Shown here: in pieces, positions 10,384-20,212 of the stretch | Layout of the letters: each line of letters starts with the position of its first letter | Position numbering within the stretch: the first letter of the stretch is position 1 | NCBI GenBank assembly: GCA_963783375.1 | Contig: CAWANH010000029.1 | Span: 352,001 to 416,000, forward strand | Source: Candidatus Eiseniibacteriota bacterium | GTDB lineage: Bacteria; Eisenbacteria; RBG-16-71-46; JABDJR01 | Direction of reading: 5' to 3' | Length of the DNA stretch: 64,000 bases | Notes under the pieces: model-generated | Told to the model about the DNA's origin: nothing | Database searches by the model: none | Seen by the model: only the letters and a program-made list of their open reading frames with translations | Made by a program: the position numbers and the translations under genes

Positions 10384-11131
10384 TCTGTTCCTGGTGGCTC
10401 GCCGTGAATTCCGGGCGTATTGGACCTCACCGGTGGCCTACGTGGTCCTGGCCGTGTTCCTGGTCCTGGCCGGCATCTTCTACTTCAGCCAGCTCTCCCA
10501 ATTCGTCGAGCTCTCCAGCCGGGGCGGGGGAAAGGGGGTGGATGTCAACCAGCAGCTCATCCGACCCTACCTCTACAGCGTCTCGGTGATGATTCTCTTC
10601 ATCCTCCCCCTGGTGAGCATGCGGCTGGTATCGGAGGAGAAGCGCCAGGGGACCCTGGAGATCCTCCTCACCACCCCCGCGCCGGACTGGGCGATCGTGG
10701 TGGGGAAATACCTGGCCTCGGTGACGCTGTTGGTGGTGATGGTGGCCGTCTGCATGCTCCACGTGGCCGTCCTCTACGGGTTCGGTTCCCCGGAATGGGG
10801 CCCGGTGTGGACCGGATTTCTGGGGCTCTTCCTGACCGGGGCCGCCTATCTTGCCCTGGGGCTCTTCCTGTCCGCGCTCACCCAGAATCAGGTGGTGTCG
10901 GCGGCGGCCGCCTTCTCGCTCTTTCTCGCCCTGTGGCTCCTGTACTCCCTCGGGGCCAACGGCTCGGGCACGCTCTCCCGGGTGCTCACCTATGTTTCCT
11001 TCGCGGGCCACTTCGACAACTTCGGGCGAGGGGTCCTCGATACCTCGGACCTGGTCTTCTTCCTCACCCTGACCGGGAGCGGGGTCTTCATGGCGGTGCA
11101 GGCGGTCACGGCCACGAGGTGGAAACCGTGA
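10376..11131 (+). CDS. ABC-2 permease (GldF-like)
   Basis: REFRAYWTSPVAY, SEEKRQGTLEILLT, HFDNFGRGVLD; about 6 TM segments. Confidence 0.88.
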   Translation: MRSLFLVARREFRAYWTSPVAYVVLAVFLVLAGIFYFSQLSQFVELSSRGGGKGVDVNQQLIRPYLYSVSVMILFILPLVSMRLVSEEKRQGTLEILLTTPAPDWAIVVGKYLASVTLLVVMVAVCMLHVAVLYGFGSPEWGPVWTGFLGLFLTGAAYLALGLFLSALTQNQVVSAAAAFSLFLALWLLYSLGANGSGTLSRVLTYVSFAGHFDNFGRGVLDTSDLVFFLTLTGSGVFMAVQAVTATRWKP

Positions 11132-12600
11132 GCCGGCGCGGCGACACTTTCGGCTATGCGGGACTGGGCCTTCTGGCCGTGGCCCTCATGGTGCGGCTTC
11201 TGTTCGCCGGATCGGGTCCGGTCGCCCTGGGTCTGGCCGTGGCGGGGGTGGTCCTGTTCCTGGTCTACTTCTTCCGGGCGGGGGGCGACGTACAGCGGTT
11301 CCTCTCCCGCCGCAGCACCCATGAGGGAGGGAACGTCCTGGGGGTGAGCCTGTTCGTGGTCGGGGCGTTGGTGCTGGTGAACATCCTCGCCGCGCGCTTC
11401 CACGTCAGGGCCGACGTCACCGCCGACCGGCTGTTCACCCTGGCTCCGGAGACCCGGACCGCGCTCGAGCAGGCCCCCGCGCCCCCGGAGGCGTGGGCCT
11501 TCTATCCGAGCGACGATCCATCACTCCCCGCCCTGAAAGGCCTTCTGGATGCGGCCCGGCTGGCCGACCCCGCCTTCACGTTTCACGTGGTGGACCCCGA
11601 ACGGGACCCGGTCCAGGCCCTCGAGTTCGGTCTTCGGGAATACGGGACCGTGGTCCAGGTGGGGGAGCGCCACGAGGTGTTCACCGGGACCGACGAGGAG
11701 GATTTCCTGGCCGCCCTCACCCGGGCGTCGGAGAGCCGCCGCGTCCGCGTGGCCTTTCTGCGGGGCCACGGCGAGGCCTACTTCAAGGTCACCAAGGCCG
11801 GGCGCTCCATGAAGGAGGCGGTGGACGCGCTGGCGAACCGCGGCTACGACGTCACCGGCGTCAGCATGCTCGAAGGGGGGGCTATCCGCGATTCGGTGGA
11901 CGTGCTGATCATCCCCGGCCCGGCGGTTTCCCCCTCTCCGGTCGAGATGGACAGCCTGAGGGCCTTCGCGCGGGAGGGAGGGAGCCTCCTGGTGCTGCTC
12001 GACCCATCCTCGCCGGTCACCCTGGATTCGCTTCTGGCCCCGGCGGGGATCCGTTTCATCCCGCACTTCCTGGCCGACCCCTCGAGGCAGGATCCCCAGG
12101 TGATCATCCCCGTACGGTACTCCGATCACCCTGCCACCCGGTCCCTCCACCGCCAGCTCACGGCGGTGGCGCTCAGGGGCGCGGGGGAGGTGCGGCAGGA
12201 AAAGGGGACGCTCCCCGGGCTCCGCCAGGCCGTCCTGCTCCAATCGGGGCCTCAGACGGTACGGGCCGGGGACTCCACCTCCGCTCCTCACGGCCGGGGG
12301 CTGGCCGAGGCCGCGGAATGGCGGGGGACCGGGGGACGGGGCCGGCTGGTGGTGGTCGGGGACGCCGATTTCGCCACCCAGGACATGTTCGACGCGCTGG
12401 GGAACGGGGACCTGTTCCTGGCCTCGGTGCAGTGGCTGGCCGAGCGGGAGGATATGATCGCCCTCCGCCCGCGCTCGGTAACCGATCGCCCGATCCTGAT
12501 CACCCGCCAACAGGGAAGGGCGCTCCTGGTGGTGCTGGTGGTCATCCTTCCCCTCTTCATCCTGGGAGCGGGTGGAGCGGTCTGGTGGAGGCGGCGTTAG
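11128..12600 (+). CDS. GldG-family ABC auxiliary component
   Basis: DVTADRLFTLAPET, FLRGHGE, LVVVGDADF, GNGDLF; C-terminal TM plus WWRRR; GTG start overlaps the gldF-like stop. Confidence 0.85.
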   Translation: MSRRGDTFGYAGLGLLAVALMVRLLFAGSGPVALGLAVAGVVLFLVYFFRAGGDVQRFLSRRSTHEGGNVLGVSLFVVGALVLVNILAARFHVRADVTADRLFTLAPETRTALEQAPAPPEAWAFYPSDDPSLPALKGLLDAARLADPAFTFHVVDPERDPVQALEFGLREYGTVVQVGERHEVFTGTDEEDFLAALTRASESRRVRVAFLRGHGEAYFKVTKAGRSMKEAVDALANRGYDVTGVSMLEGGAIRDSVDVLIIPGPAVSPSPVEMDSLRAFAREGGSLLVLLDPSSPVTLDSLLAPAGIRFIPHFLADPSRQDPQVIIPVRYSDHPATRSLHRQLTAVALRGAGEVRQEKGTLPGLRQAVLLQSGPQTVRAGDSTSAPHGRGLAEAAEWRGTGGRGRLVVVGDADFATQDMFDALGNGDLFLASVQWLAEREDMIALRPRSVTDRPILITRQQGRALLVVLVVILPLFILGAGGAVWWRRR

Positions 12601-12601
12601 G

Positions 12602-13975
12602 ATGGGGCGCCGTTCGCTCTGGCTCTCCGCCCTCGTCTTCGTCCTCCTGCTTGCGATGACCGTGTGGGCGCTTCGGACCCGCCGCGCCCCCGAGGCCGCC
12701 CCCTACTTCTCCCTGTCCCGACCCATCCCCGACACCCTCCTGGTGGCATTCGGACCCGACACCACGGTGGTGGTTCCCGAGGGAGAGACGGGGTGGCGGG
12801 TGGTGCGGCCGGTGGACTACCCGGCGGACGGCGTGGTGGTGGAGGCCATGCTCAAGCGCCTCCAACCGCTCCCCGTGGGCAAGCGACGGTTTCCGCTGTA
12901 TCCAACCAAGCTGGACACCTATGGCATGCGGCATCCCCGGGTGACCATCCGCGCCGCCTATCGGGGAGGGATCCCCGCGGACACCCTCCAGGTCGGCACC
13001 TTCACCCTGAACGAAGCCCACGACTATGTACGCAACGGATCCTCCGACGAGGTGGCGCTGGTGGACGCCCGGCTCACCAAGAGCTATCTCATGAAGACCA
13101 CCGTGCAGATCCGCCGACACGTGCTCCTGCCCTTCGCCGAGGACCGGGCGGTCTCAGTGCGGCTCTACGGACCCGGGGATGACCTCCGGGTCGAGCTGAT
13201 TCGACGGGCCGATCGGTCCTGGTGGGTAAAATCACCCAATCCGGGACCGGCCGGCGGCCACGAGATGGGGGAATACCTTTCCGGTCTCAACCATATGTTG
13301 GTCAGCGAGTTCATCCGGGAGGGGCCGGGTCCCCGGGCCCCGTACGGTCTGGAGCGCCCACGCGCCCGGGTCCGGGTGACCACCGATCGGGGGGACTCCT
13401 TGTCGCTGGCCCTGGGGGACCCGGTGCCCCGGGCCGGAGTAATGGGGGAGAAACTCATCTACGCGATCACCGGCAGACGTCCGGATCTCCTCGGCGTTTC
13501 CGCCAAGTACCTTCCGGTTCTCGCCCGGAGCGCCGACACCTTTCGGGATCCGGTGCCGTTCGGCTTCGGTATCGACGCCATGGATTCGGTGCGCGTGCGA
13601 TACGGTGACGAGACGGTCACGTTCGTGCCCACCGACACCACCCGCATGAGGCGGGAGGATCGCGACATCCTCGGGCACTGGATCGGGCTCCGCGCGGAGC
13701 GGTTTTCCCCGGCGCGTGCGGAAACCCTCCGCTCGGCCGGCCTGGCTCCCCCCCGGGGGACGCTGACCTTCTTCGGCCGGGGCGACACTCTTGCCGTGGA
13801 AAGCGTCGGGATCATCCGCGGTCATCGGCGCGCGATCCGGGTGGGGGAAGGGAAGCGGGCCCGTCCCGGGGACGTGTTGTGGATTCCCGAGGCCCAGATC
13901 GACCCGCTATGGGGCTATCTGATCCGCCGGACCCGGGAAGAGGCGCGCAAGAGGGCGGAAGGGAGCTCGCCTTGA
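12602..13975 (+). CDS. DUF4340-like membrane-anchored protein
   Basis: N-terminal TM; two YG[ML]..PR repeats; typical partner of GldAFG operons. Confidence 0.7.
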   Translation: MGRRSLWLSALVFVLLLAMTVWALRTRRAPEAAPYFSLSRPIPDTLLVAFGPDTTVVVPEGETGWRVVRPVDYPADGVVVEAMLKRLQPLPVGKRRFPLYPTKLDTYGMRHPRVTIRAAYRGGIPADTLQVGTFTLNEAHDYVRNGSSDEVALVDARLTKSYLMKTTVQIRRHVLLPFAEDRAVSVRLYGPGDDLRVELIRRADRSWWVKSPNPGPAGGHEMGEYLSGLNHMLVSEFIREGPGPRAPYGLERPRARVRVTTDRGDSLSLALGDPVPRAGVMGEKLIYAITGRRPDLLGVSAKYLPVLARSADTFRDPVPFGFGIDAMDSVRVRYGDETVTFVPTDTTRMRREDRDILGHWIGLRAERFSPARAETLRSAGLAPPRGTLTFFGRGDTLAVESVGIIRGHRRAIRVGEGKRARPGDVLWIPEAQIDPLWGYLIRRTREEARKRAEGSSP

Positions 13976-14000
13976 AGCGCCGGGTGGACCTTGCTACGAT
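13972..14000 (+). promoter_or_regulatory. Putative sigma70 promoter
   Basis: TTGAAG-17 nt-TACGAT upstream of the beta-helix gene. Confidence 0.5.
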
Positions 14001-14064
14001 TTTCCGCCGCACGTTCTCGGCGACGACCGGCGTCGCGATCCCCAGGAAAGGAATCACAACGGCC

Positions 14065-15111
14065 ATGGATTCGAACCTCGCTTCACGCCGCCGCCTGCTC
14101 ATTCCCGTCGTGGCCTTGGGTCTCATGGCGGCGGGGTCCGCCGTCGCGGAGACGCGGGTCGGAGGCACCCTCTCCGAGAACGCCACCTGGACCAAGCAGG
14201 AGAGTCCCTACGTGGTCACCGCGGACGTCACCGTGCCGCCCGGAGTGACCCTGACCATCGAGCCGGGGGTCACGGTGCGGTTCAAGCCGGACATCACCGA
14301 CATGCACGGGGACAACAAATCCCACCTCGAGATGCAGATCCAGGGTAGCCTGATCGCCCACGGGGCGGAGGGAGACACCATCTACTTCACCACCGACGCC
14401 GCCACCCCGCGCTGGTCGGACTGGCAGGGCATCGTGGCGCACGGGAAGAAGGCATCGGTGGATCTCCGGGCGGCCAACATCGAATACAGCCTCCAGGGGA
14501 TCCGGGTCATCGATGGGGCGGCCAAGGTGAAGGACGTGACCATCCAGTTCTGCGCCCAGGATGGAGTCAATTTCTGGGGGGGAAGCGGGGAACTGGACAA
14601 CATTCTGCTCACGCGGATCGGGAACGCCGGAGGCACCGGCAAGGGCGTGGTGATGGATCGGGAGGCGAAGGTGGACGTTCGCAACAGTTTCATCGTGGGG
14701 TGTCAGAACGGCCTGAGCTACTCCGGGGGGAGCGGGGGCACCGCGGACAACACGGTCATCACCATGTGTACGGGCCGCGGCATCGTGGTGGGGAACTCCG
14801 CGCCCACGATCACCGATTGCACCATCACCGGGAACGACTACGGCATCGTGATCGGCGGGCCCACCGCGCCCGCGGTCCGGCATAACAACATATTCGACAA
14901 CGGCACCGCGGAGGTGATTCTCACCGGCTACACCGGGTCCATGGTGAAGGTGAATCTCTCCGAAAACTGGTGGGGAAAGACCGACGTGGGGGCCATCCAG
15001 GAGGGGATCCACGACAACCTGCGGGATCCCAAGGTGAAGGCGCTGGCGGTGATCGAACCCGTTCTCACCGAAGCCACCACCGCCGAGGCGGACCGGCGCG
15101 GGGGCCAGTGA
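14065..15111 (+). CDS. Secreted right-handed parallel beta-helix protein
   Basis: Signal peptide; SPYVVTADVTVPPGVTLTIEPG, WQGI, repeated beta-helix rungs, ENWWG. Confidence 0.78.
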   Translation: MDSNLASRRRLLIPVVALGLMAAGSAVAETRVGGTLSENATWTKQESPYVVTADVTVPPGVTLTIEPGVTVRFKPDITDMHGDNKSHLEMQIQGSLIAHGAEGDTIYFTTDAATPRWSDWQGIVAHGKKASVDLRAANIEYSLQGIRVIDGAAKVKDVTIQFCAQDGVNFWGGSGELDNILLTRIGNAGGTGKGVVMDREAKVDVRNSFIVGCQNGLSYSGGSGGTADNTVITMCTGRGIVVGNSAPTITDCTITGNDYGIVIGGPTAPAVRHNNIFDNGTAEVILTGYTGSMVKVNLSENWWGKTDVGAIQEGIHDNLRDPKVKALAVIEPVLTEATTAEADRRGGQ

Positions 15112-15461
15112 GCGATCCGGCCGCTCCCGACGTCGCGGTCGTGGTCCTCTCTACCGCCCCGGATGAAGCCGAGGCCGCCCGGTTGGCCCGAATCCTGGTG
15201 GAAGAGCGGCTGGCCGCCTGCGTGTCACGGGCCCCCGGCCTGAAGTCGGTGTACCGGTGGGAAGGGGGGATCGAGGACGCGGAGGAGGTCCTCCTGATCA
15301 TCAAGACCCACGCCCGGCGGGCTCCCGACTTGACCCGGCGCCTCCGCGAACTCCATCCTTATCGGGTACCGGAGATCCTGGTGGTTCCGGTGGCCGCCGG
15401 GCTCGCCTCCTATCTCGACTGGATCCGCCGCGAAACCGACCTCGAGGGGGAAGAAGCATGA
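15108..15461 (+). CDS. cutA: Divalent-cation tolerance protein CutA
   Basis: LVEERLAACV, SVYRWEG, LHPYRVPEI. Confidence 0.92.
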   Translation: MSDPAAPDVAVVVLSTAPDEAEAARLARILVEERLAACVSRAPGLKSVYRWEGGIEDAEEVLLIIKTHARRAPDLTRRLRELHPYRVPEILVVPVAAGLASYLDWIRRETDLEGEEA

Positions 15462-16246
15462 GCCGCCCGCCGATCATCACCCTGACCTCGGACTTCGGTG
15501 ATGCGGGATACTACGTGGGGGCGATGCGCGGGGTGCTCCTTTCCCTGTGCCCCGAGGCCCGCCTGGTGGACCTGACCCACCGGGTATCCCCGTACTCTCC
15601 GCTGGAAGGCTCCCTGGTGCTAGCGCAGGCCTGCGCGACCTTCCCCGAGGGAACGGTTCATCTCGCGGTGGTGGATCCCGGGGTGGGAGGGATCCGCAAG
15701 CCGATCATCGTCCGGTCCCGTGGATACTTCTTCGTCGGTCCCGACAACGGCATCTTCACCCCGTTCCTGGACGGCAAGGAGTGCGTGTACCGCATCCGGG
15801 ATGACGTGGCCCTTCCCGACCGGAGCGCGACCTTCCACGGTCGGGATCTCTTCGCGCCCGCCGCCGCGCGCCTGGCTCGAGGCGACGATCCGGAGACGCT
15901 CGGGGAGCCCTCGCACCAGGCCGTCCACCTCCACGTGCCGCGCCCCCGTCGCGAAGGCAGCCTTCTCGCCGGACAGGTCCTCTACGTGGACCACTTCGGC
16001 AACCTCATCACCAACATTCATCGCGCCGACCTCGGGGGGCTGGGAACGGAACTCCGGGTGACCATCGGCACCCATGAAATCCGGCAGCTCTCGCGGACCT
16101 ATCAGGACGGCGCCCTGGGGGAATCCCTGGCCCTGGTGGGTAGCTCCGGCTACCTCGAGGTGGCGGTGGTGCAGGGAAACGCGGGGGCGCAGCTCGGGAT
16201 GGGGAAGGGGGAGCGCGTCCGCGTGCGTCCGACGGAGCCCCGGTGA
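15458..16246 (+). CDS. SAM hydroxide adenosyltransferase (DUF62 / chlorinase-fluorinase superfamily)
   Basis: ITLTSDFG, VVDPGVG, GPDNG, TFHGRDLFAP, VDHFGNLITN. Confidence 0.9.
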   Translation: MSRPPIITLTSDFGDAGYYVGAMRGVLLSLCPEARLVDLTHRVSPYSPLEGSLVLAQACATFPEGTVHLAVVDPGVGGIRKPIIVRSRGYFFVGPDNGIFTPFLDGKECVYRIRDDVALPDRSATFHGRDLFAPAAARLARGDDPETLGEPSHQAVHLHVPRPRREGSLLAGQVLYVDHFGNLITNIHRADLGGLGTELRVTIGTHEIRQLSRTYQDGALGESLALVGSSGYLEVAVVQGNAGAQLGMGKGERVRVRPTEPR

Positions 16247-17001
16247 TCCTCACCGTGGTGGGCTCCGGCACCCTGGTGCCCCACCCGCGCCGCTCCACCC
16301 CCGCCCTGGCCCTCGGCGAGGGGGATTTCCAGGCCACGGTGGACGGGGGGAGCGGTACCCTTCGCCGCCAGGCCGAGCTGGGCATCGACTTCCGACGGAC
16401 CCACACCCTTTGCTTCACCCACATCCATCCCGACCATACCCTCGATCTCCTCCACTTCCTGTTCGCCTCCAAATACACCCCCGGCTTCGAACGCATCGAC
16501 CCGGTCCGGGTGGTGGGCCCCGCCGGCTTCGGAGCTTTTCTCGAGCGTCTGCGCGACGGCTACCGGGGCTGGACCGACGGCGGGGGCGCCGGAATCGAGG
16601 TCGACGAGCTCGTCGGCGGGGATCGTCTGCAGATGGGGCCCATCGCCGTGGAAACGGCCCGCCTGGACCATACGGTGACCGATCTGGGCTACCGTTTCCA
16701 GGCCCCCGGGGGAGGATCCGCCGTTTTCACCGGGGACACCGGCTGGTCCGAGGCCCTGGTCGAGCTGGCCCGGGACGCCGATCTCCTGGTCTCGGAGTGC
16801 TCGGGGGACGAAGCCCATCCCGCGCCCGGACATCTCACCGCCCCCGAGGTGGGACGATTGGCCGCCGCCGCGCGGGTGGGGCAGGTCGTGCTCACCCACC
16901 TCTATCCGCTTCCCGACGACCGGATCCGGGTGGCCCAGGTGGCCTCGGCCTTCGACGGGCCGGTGCACCTGGCCGCCGACGGCGACCGGTTCGTGGTCTG
17001 A
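16243..17001 (+). CDS. MBL-fold metallohydrolase, RNase Z/BN-like
   Basis: THIHPDH, FTGDT, HLTA, LTHLY. Confidence 0.8.
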   Translation: MILTVVGSGTLVPHPRRSTPALALGEGDFQATVDGGSGTLRRQAELGIDFRRTHTLCFTHIHPDHTLDLLHFLFASKYTPGFERIDPVRVVGPAGFGAFLERLRDGYRGWTDGGGAGIEVDELVGGDRLQMGPIAVETARLDHTVTDLGYRFQAPGGGSAVFTGDTGWSEALVELARDADLLVSECSGDEAHPAPGHLTAPEVGRLAAAARVGQVVLTHLYPLPDDRIRVAQVASAFDGPVHLAADGDRFVV

Positions 17002-17004
17002 TCG

Positions 17005-17448
17005 ATGGGACGTTTCCGGTTCGAGCCCGCCCCGGACGTCGCCGCGGAAATCGCTCGCCTGGTCGACGTTCTCGAGTTCGAGCACATCGATCCCGACCGG
17101 GTTCACTGCCGCCGTTCCCGAGGCTCCACCGCCAACGCCTACGCCCGGATCTGGGAGCTGCCGTCCATGTGGCAGGACGCTCTCGGCGTCCCGCCGCAGT
17201 ACGTGATCGAGGTGCTCACCGAGCACTTCGATCCTCTGGACGAGGTGGAGCGGATCAAGATCCTGATCCACGAGCTCCTCCACATCCCGCGCACCTTCTC
17301 CGGAGCGGTGCGAAACCACCGCGGCTCGGGCGAGCGGATCGACGGCCGCACCGTGAATCGCTACTACCGGCACTACCTCAGGGTCCAGGAGGAGCGGAGG
17401 CGGACCGAGGAACGCGAGCGCGACGGGCAGATCCGGCTGCCGTTCTAG
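17005..17448 (+). CDS. Putative small zinc metallopeptidase
   Basis: HELLHIP (HExxH); AYARIW; YVIEVLTE. Confidence 0.72.
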   Translation: MGRFRFEPAPDVAAEIARLVDVLEFEHIDPDRVHCRRSRGSTANAYARIWELPSMWQDALGVPPQYVIEVLTEHFDPLDEVERIKILIHELLHIPRTFSGAVRNHRGSGERIDGRTVNRYYRHYLRVQEERRRTEERERDGQIRLPF

Positions 17449-17455
17449 CCGCCGT

Positions 17456-18664
17456 TCAGCCGTCCCGATTCTCCTGGTAGAGATCGGAGGCGAGATAGAG
17501 GGCGCGGATCTGCCGGACGAAGATCGTGAGGACGATGGTGAGCGGCACCGCGATCAGGGCCCCGAGCAACCCGAAGACGTTGGCGAAGACCACCAGGGCC
17601 AGAAGCACCACCACCGGATGGAGGCCCACCTGGCCGCCCACCACCCGCGGTTGGAGGATGTGCCCCTCGACGAGCGAGATGCCGAAGTAGAGGAGGGTCA
17701 CCTTGAGCAGCATGGTCCAGCCGAAGGCGGAGAGGGTGACCAGGGCGGCGGCGATGAAGCTGATCCAGAACCCGAGATAGGGCACCACGTTCATCACGCA
17801 GGCCAGGGCGCCCAGGGCCAGGGCGTAGGGAATACCGAACGCGAAGAGCCCGGCCCCGGTCAGCGTTCCCACGATGAGGGCCACCAGGGCCACCCCTCGA
17901 AGCCAGCGCCCCAGAAGGCGGTCCAGCTCCTTCGAGGTGGCCTCGAACCAGGCGTGGTAGGTGCGAGGGATGAGGTCTTCCCCGCGGGAGCGGAGGCGGT
18001 TGTAGTCGCGAAGAAAGAAGAAGGTGAGGACCGGAACCACCACCAGGGAGACCACCAGCGTGGCGGCGAGGCGGGTCACCTGGATCACGCCGGTGAGGGT
18101 CTTGGCCGCGATCTCGTTGGTCTTCTCCAGCACCTTGGGGATCTGATCGGCGTAGCGCGACGTCAGATCCTCCAGATGCAGGCGGGTGAGAAGCGGCCTC
18201 AGGGCGTCCTGGACGTTGGCCAGGAGCTGGGGGAGGCTCTTCGCGATTTGGCCCACTTCGGCCATGAGGGGGGGGAGAACGAGGATCATGGCCGCCACCA
18301 CCACCGCGGTCACCGGCACCAGGAGGAGCAGGATGCCGAGGCTTCTCGGAACGTGGTGGCGCTCCAGGAAGTCCACCGCCGGGTCCAGGAGATAGGCCAG
18401 GAACATCGAGATCCCGAGTACCAGGAAGATCCATCCGAACCGGGACACCAGCCAGAGCATCGCGGCCAGGGTGACGACGACCAGGGTGCGCAGCACCCAG
18501 CGGGAGCGCCGGTAGGGAAGGAGGAGAAAGATGAGGATGCCGGCCAGGAGAGGGGGGCCCAGGACCGGCCCCAGGGAGAACCCGTAGGCCACCAGAACCA
18601 GGGCGACAATCACCAGCAGGGGCCAGGGGATGCGGGGGGTCGCCTTGACCGGGGTGTCGCTCAT
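17456..18664 (-). CDS. AI-2E family transporter
   Basis: AYLLDPAVDFL, VPYLG, EGHILQPRVVGGQVGLHPV, GALIAVP. Confidence 0.9.
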   Translation of the reverse strand: MSDTPVKATPRIPWPLLVIVALVLVAYGFSLGPVLGPPLLAGILIFLLLPYRRSRWVLRTLVVVTLAAMLWLVSRFGWIFLVLGISMFLAYLLDPAVDFLERHHVPRSLGILLLLVPVTAVVVAAMILVLPPLMAEVGQIAKSLPQLLANVQDALRPLLTRLHLEDLTSRYADQIPKVLEKTNEIAAKTLTGVIQVTRLAATLVVSLVVVPVLTFFFLRDYNRLRSRGEDLIPRTYHAWFEATSKELDRLLGRWLRGVALVALIVGTLTGAGLFAFGIPYALALGALACVMNVVPYLGFWISFIAAALVTLSAFGWTMLLKVTLLYFGISLVEGHILQPRVVGGQVGLHPVVVLLALVVFANVFGLLGALIAVPLTIVLTIFVRQIRALYLASDLYQENRDG

Positions 18665-18672
18665 GCCGGCGA

Positions 18673-18742
18673 TCATGATGGGGGGTCCCGGACGCTGTCA
18701 ACGCGGAGGCGCGTTGACGCCGCCCCCCGCCCTGGCTAGACT
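18673..18742. promoter_or_regulatory. Back-to-back sigma70 promoters for the AI-2E gene (-) and folC (+)
   Basis: Plus strand TTGACG(18714)-17-TAGACT(18737); minus strand TTGACA (18696-18701) followed by a CATGAT-like -10. Confidence 0.6.
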
Positions 18743-18780
18743 CGGCTTCCGGCCGCGCAACAACCCCTTCGGTACCGAAC

Positions 18781-20115
18781 ATGACACCCTCGACCCGTCC
18801 CCGCTCCGTCCGGTTCAGGACCACCCGGGAAGCGGAGGACTACCTCCTCGGCTTCATCAACTACGAGCAGATGCCTCGCTACCGCCCCACCACGCGAACC
18901 CACGACCTGGCGCGGTTTGCCGGCCTCCTCGAACGGCTCGGTTGGGACCCTTCCGCGGTCCCGGCGGTGCACGTGGGGGGGACCAACGGCAAGGGCACGG
19001 TGGCCGTTCTCCTCGAACGGATCCTCCGGGCGGCGGGAATCCGGACCGGGCTCTACACCTCCCCCCATCTCCAGGACATCCGGGAGCGGGTCCGGATCGA
19101 CGGGCGGCCGATCGGGGCCCCGGCTTTCCGGACCGGGGTGGAGCGGCTGGCCCGCGCCTATGCCGGCGAGCCGCGGGCGGGGTTCCGCACCACCTTCGAG
19201 CACCTGACCGCGCTGGCGTTCCTGGCCTTCCAGGAGGCGGGGGTGGAGCGGGCGGTGGTGGAGGTGGGTCTGGGCGGCCGTCTCGACGCCACCAACGTGC
19301 TTCCCCCCGGTCCCGCGGTGCTCACCCCCATCTCCCGCGATCACCACCGGATTCTCGGCGCCACGGTGGGGGCGATCGCCGCGGACAAGGCCCATATCCT
19401 GAAGCGCGGAGGAACGGCGTTTCTCATGCCCCAGAGCCCCCCGGCGTCCCGCTCCCTGGCCGCCCGCACCGACCGCTACCGGATCCCGGTCATCCACACC
19501 CGGGAGGCGCTCACGGTGGAGCCGGCCGGGATCGCTCCCGAGGGCTCCCGGTTCACCCTCCGCGGGCGCGCGGACTACGGCACGGTGTCCACTCGGCTCC
19601 TCGGCCCGCATCAGGTGGAGAACGTGCGGGCCGCGGTCGCGGCCGCCGAACACCTCGTGCCGGGTCCGGGTCTGGCCGAATCGGTCCGCCGAGGCCTCGA
19701 CAAGGCCGGGGTCCCGGGCCGGATGGAGTCGGTGCGGGCGGGCGGAACCTGGTTCCTGATCGATGGCGGGCACAACCCGGCCGCGGGGCGGGCGGCCGCC
19801 GCCGCGCTCCGGTCCCACTTTCCGGAGGCGCGGGTCGTCGCGGTCGTGGGCATGGCCGAGGACAAGGAGCACCGCGCGTTCCTCGTGGCCCTGGCCCCGG
19901 TGGTGGGGGACTTCGTGTTCACCCGGGCCCAAAGCCCGCGGGCGATCGGACCGGAGCGGCTGGCCCGGAGTCTGGGGTCGGCGGCGCGTCGGGCGCCGAA
20001 CGTGGAGGCGGCCCTTCAGACCGCGGCCGCGACCCGCCCCGATGTCGTGCTGGTGACCGGGTCGTTCCTGGTGGCGGGGGAGGCCCGCCGGGCCCTGGGT
20101 CTACCGGTGCGGTAG
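18781..20115 (+). CDS. folC: Folylpolyglutamate synthase / dihydrofolate synthase
   Basis: HVGGTNGKGT, YTSPHL, EVGLGGRLDATN, DGGHN, TGSFLVAGE. Confidence 0.95.
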   Translation: MTPSTRPRSVRFRTTREAEDYLLGFINYEQMPRYRPTTRTHDLARFAGLLERLGWDPSAVPAVHVGGTNGKGTVAVLLERILRAAGIRTGLYTSPHLQDIRERVRIDGRPIGAPAFRTGVERLARAYAGEPRAGFRTTFEHLTALAFLAFQEAGVERAVVEVGLGGRLDATNVLPPGPAVLTPISRDHHRILGATVGAIAADKAHILKRGGTAFLMPQSPPASRSLAARTDRYRIPVIHTREALTVEPAGIAPEGSRFTLRGRADYGTVSTRLLGPHQVENVRAAVAAAEHLVPGPGLAESVRRGLDKAGVPGRMESVRAGGTWFLIDGGHNPAAGRAAAAALRSHFPEARVVAVVGMAEDKEHRAFLVALAPVVGDFVFTRAQSPRAIGPERLARSLGSAARRAPNVEAALQTAAATRPDVVLVTGSFLVAGEARRALGLPVR

Positions 20116-20160
20116 GGCCGTGTGAAGGGGCGCGGGACCCGTCTCGCCCGGCAGGACGTG

Positions 20161-20194
20161 AAAAAGCCCCCGCGGCAGGCCGCGGGGGCTTCTT
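20161..20194. terminator. Intrinsic terminator, probably bidirectional
   Basis: AAAAAGCCCCCGCGG-CAGG-CCGCGGGGGCTTCTT between convergent genes. Confidence 0.85.
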
Positions 20195-20212
20195 CCGTGG
20201 TGCAAGTAGATC

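Noticed and set aside
9460-13975. Gliding-motility system
   Set aside because: GldAFG-like ABC modules are widespread in non-gliding bacteria, and no motor or T9SS core genes are in the window
15458-16246. Fluorinase/chlorinase natural-product cluster
   Set aside because: Motifs fit the widespread DUF62 SAM hydrolase, and there are no biosynthetic neighbours
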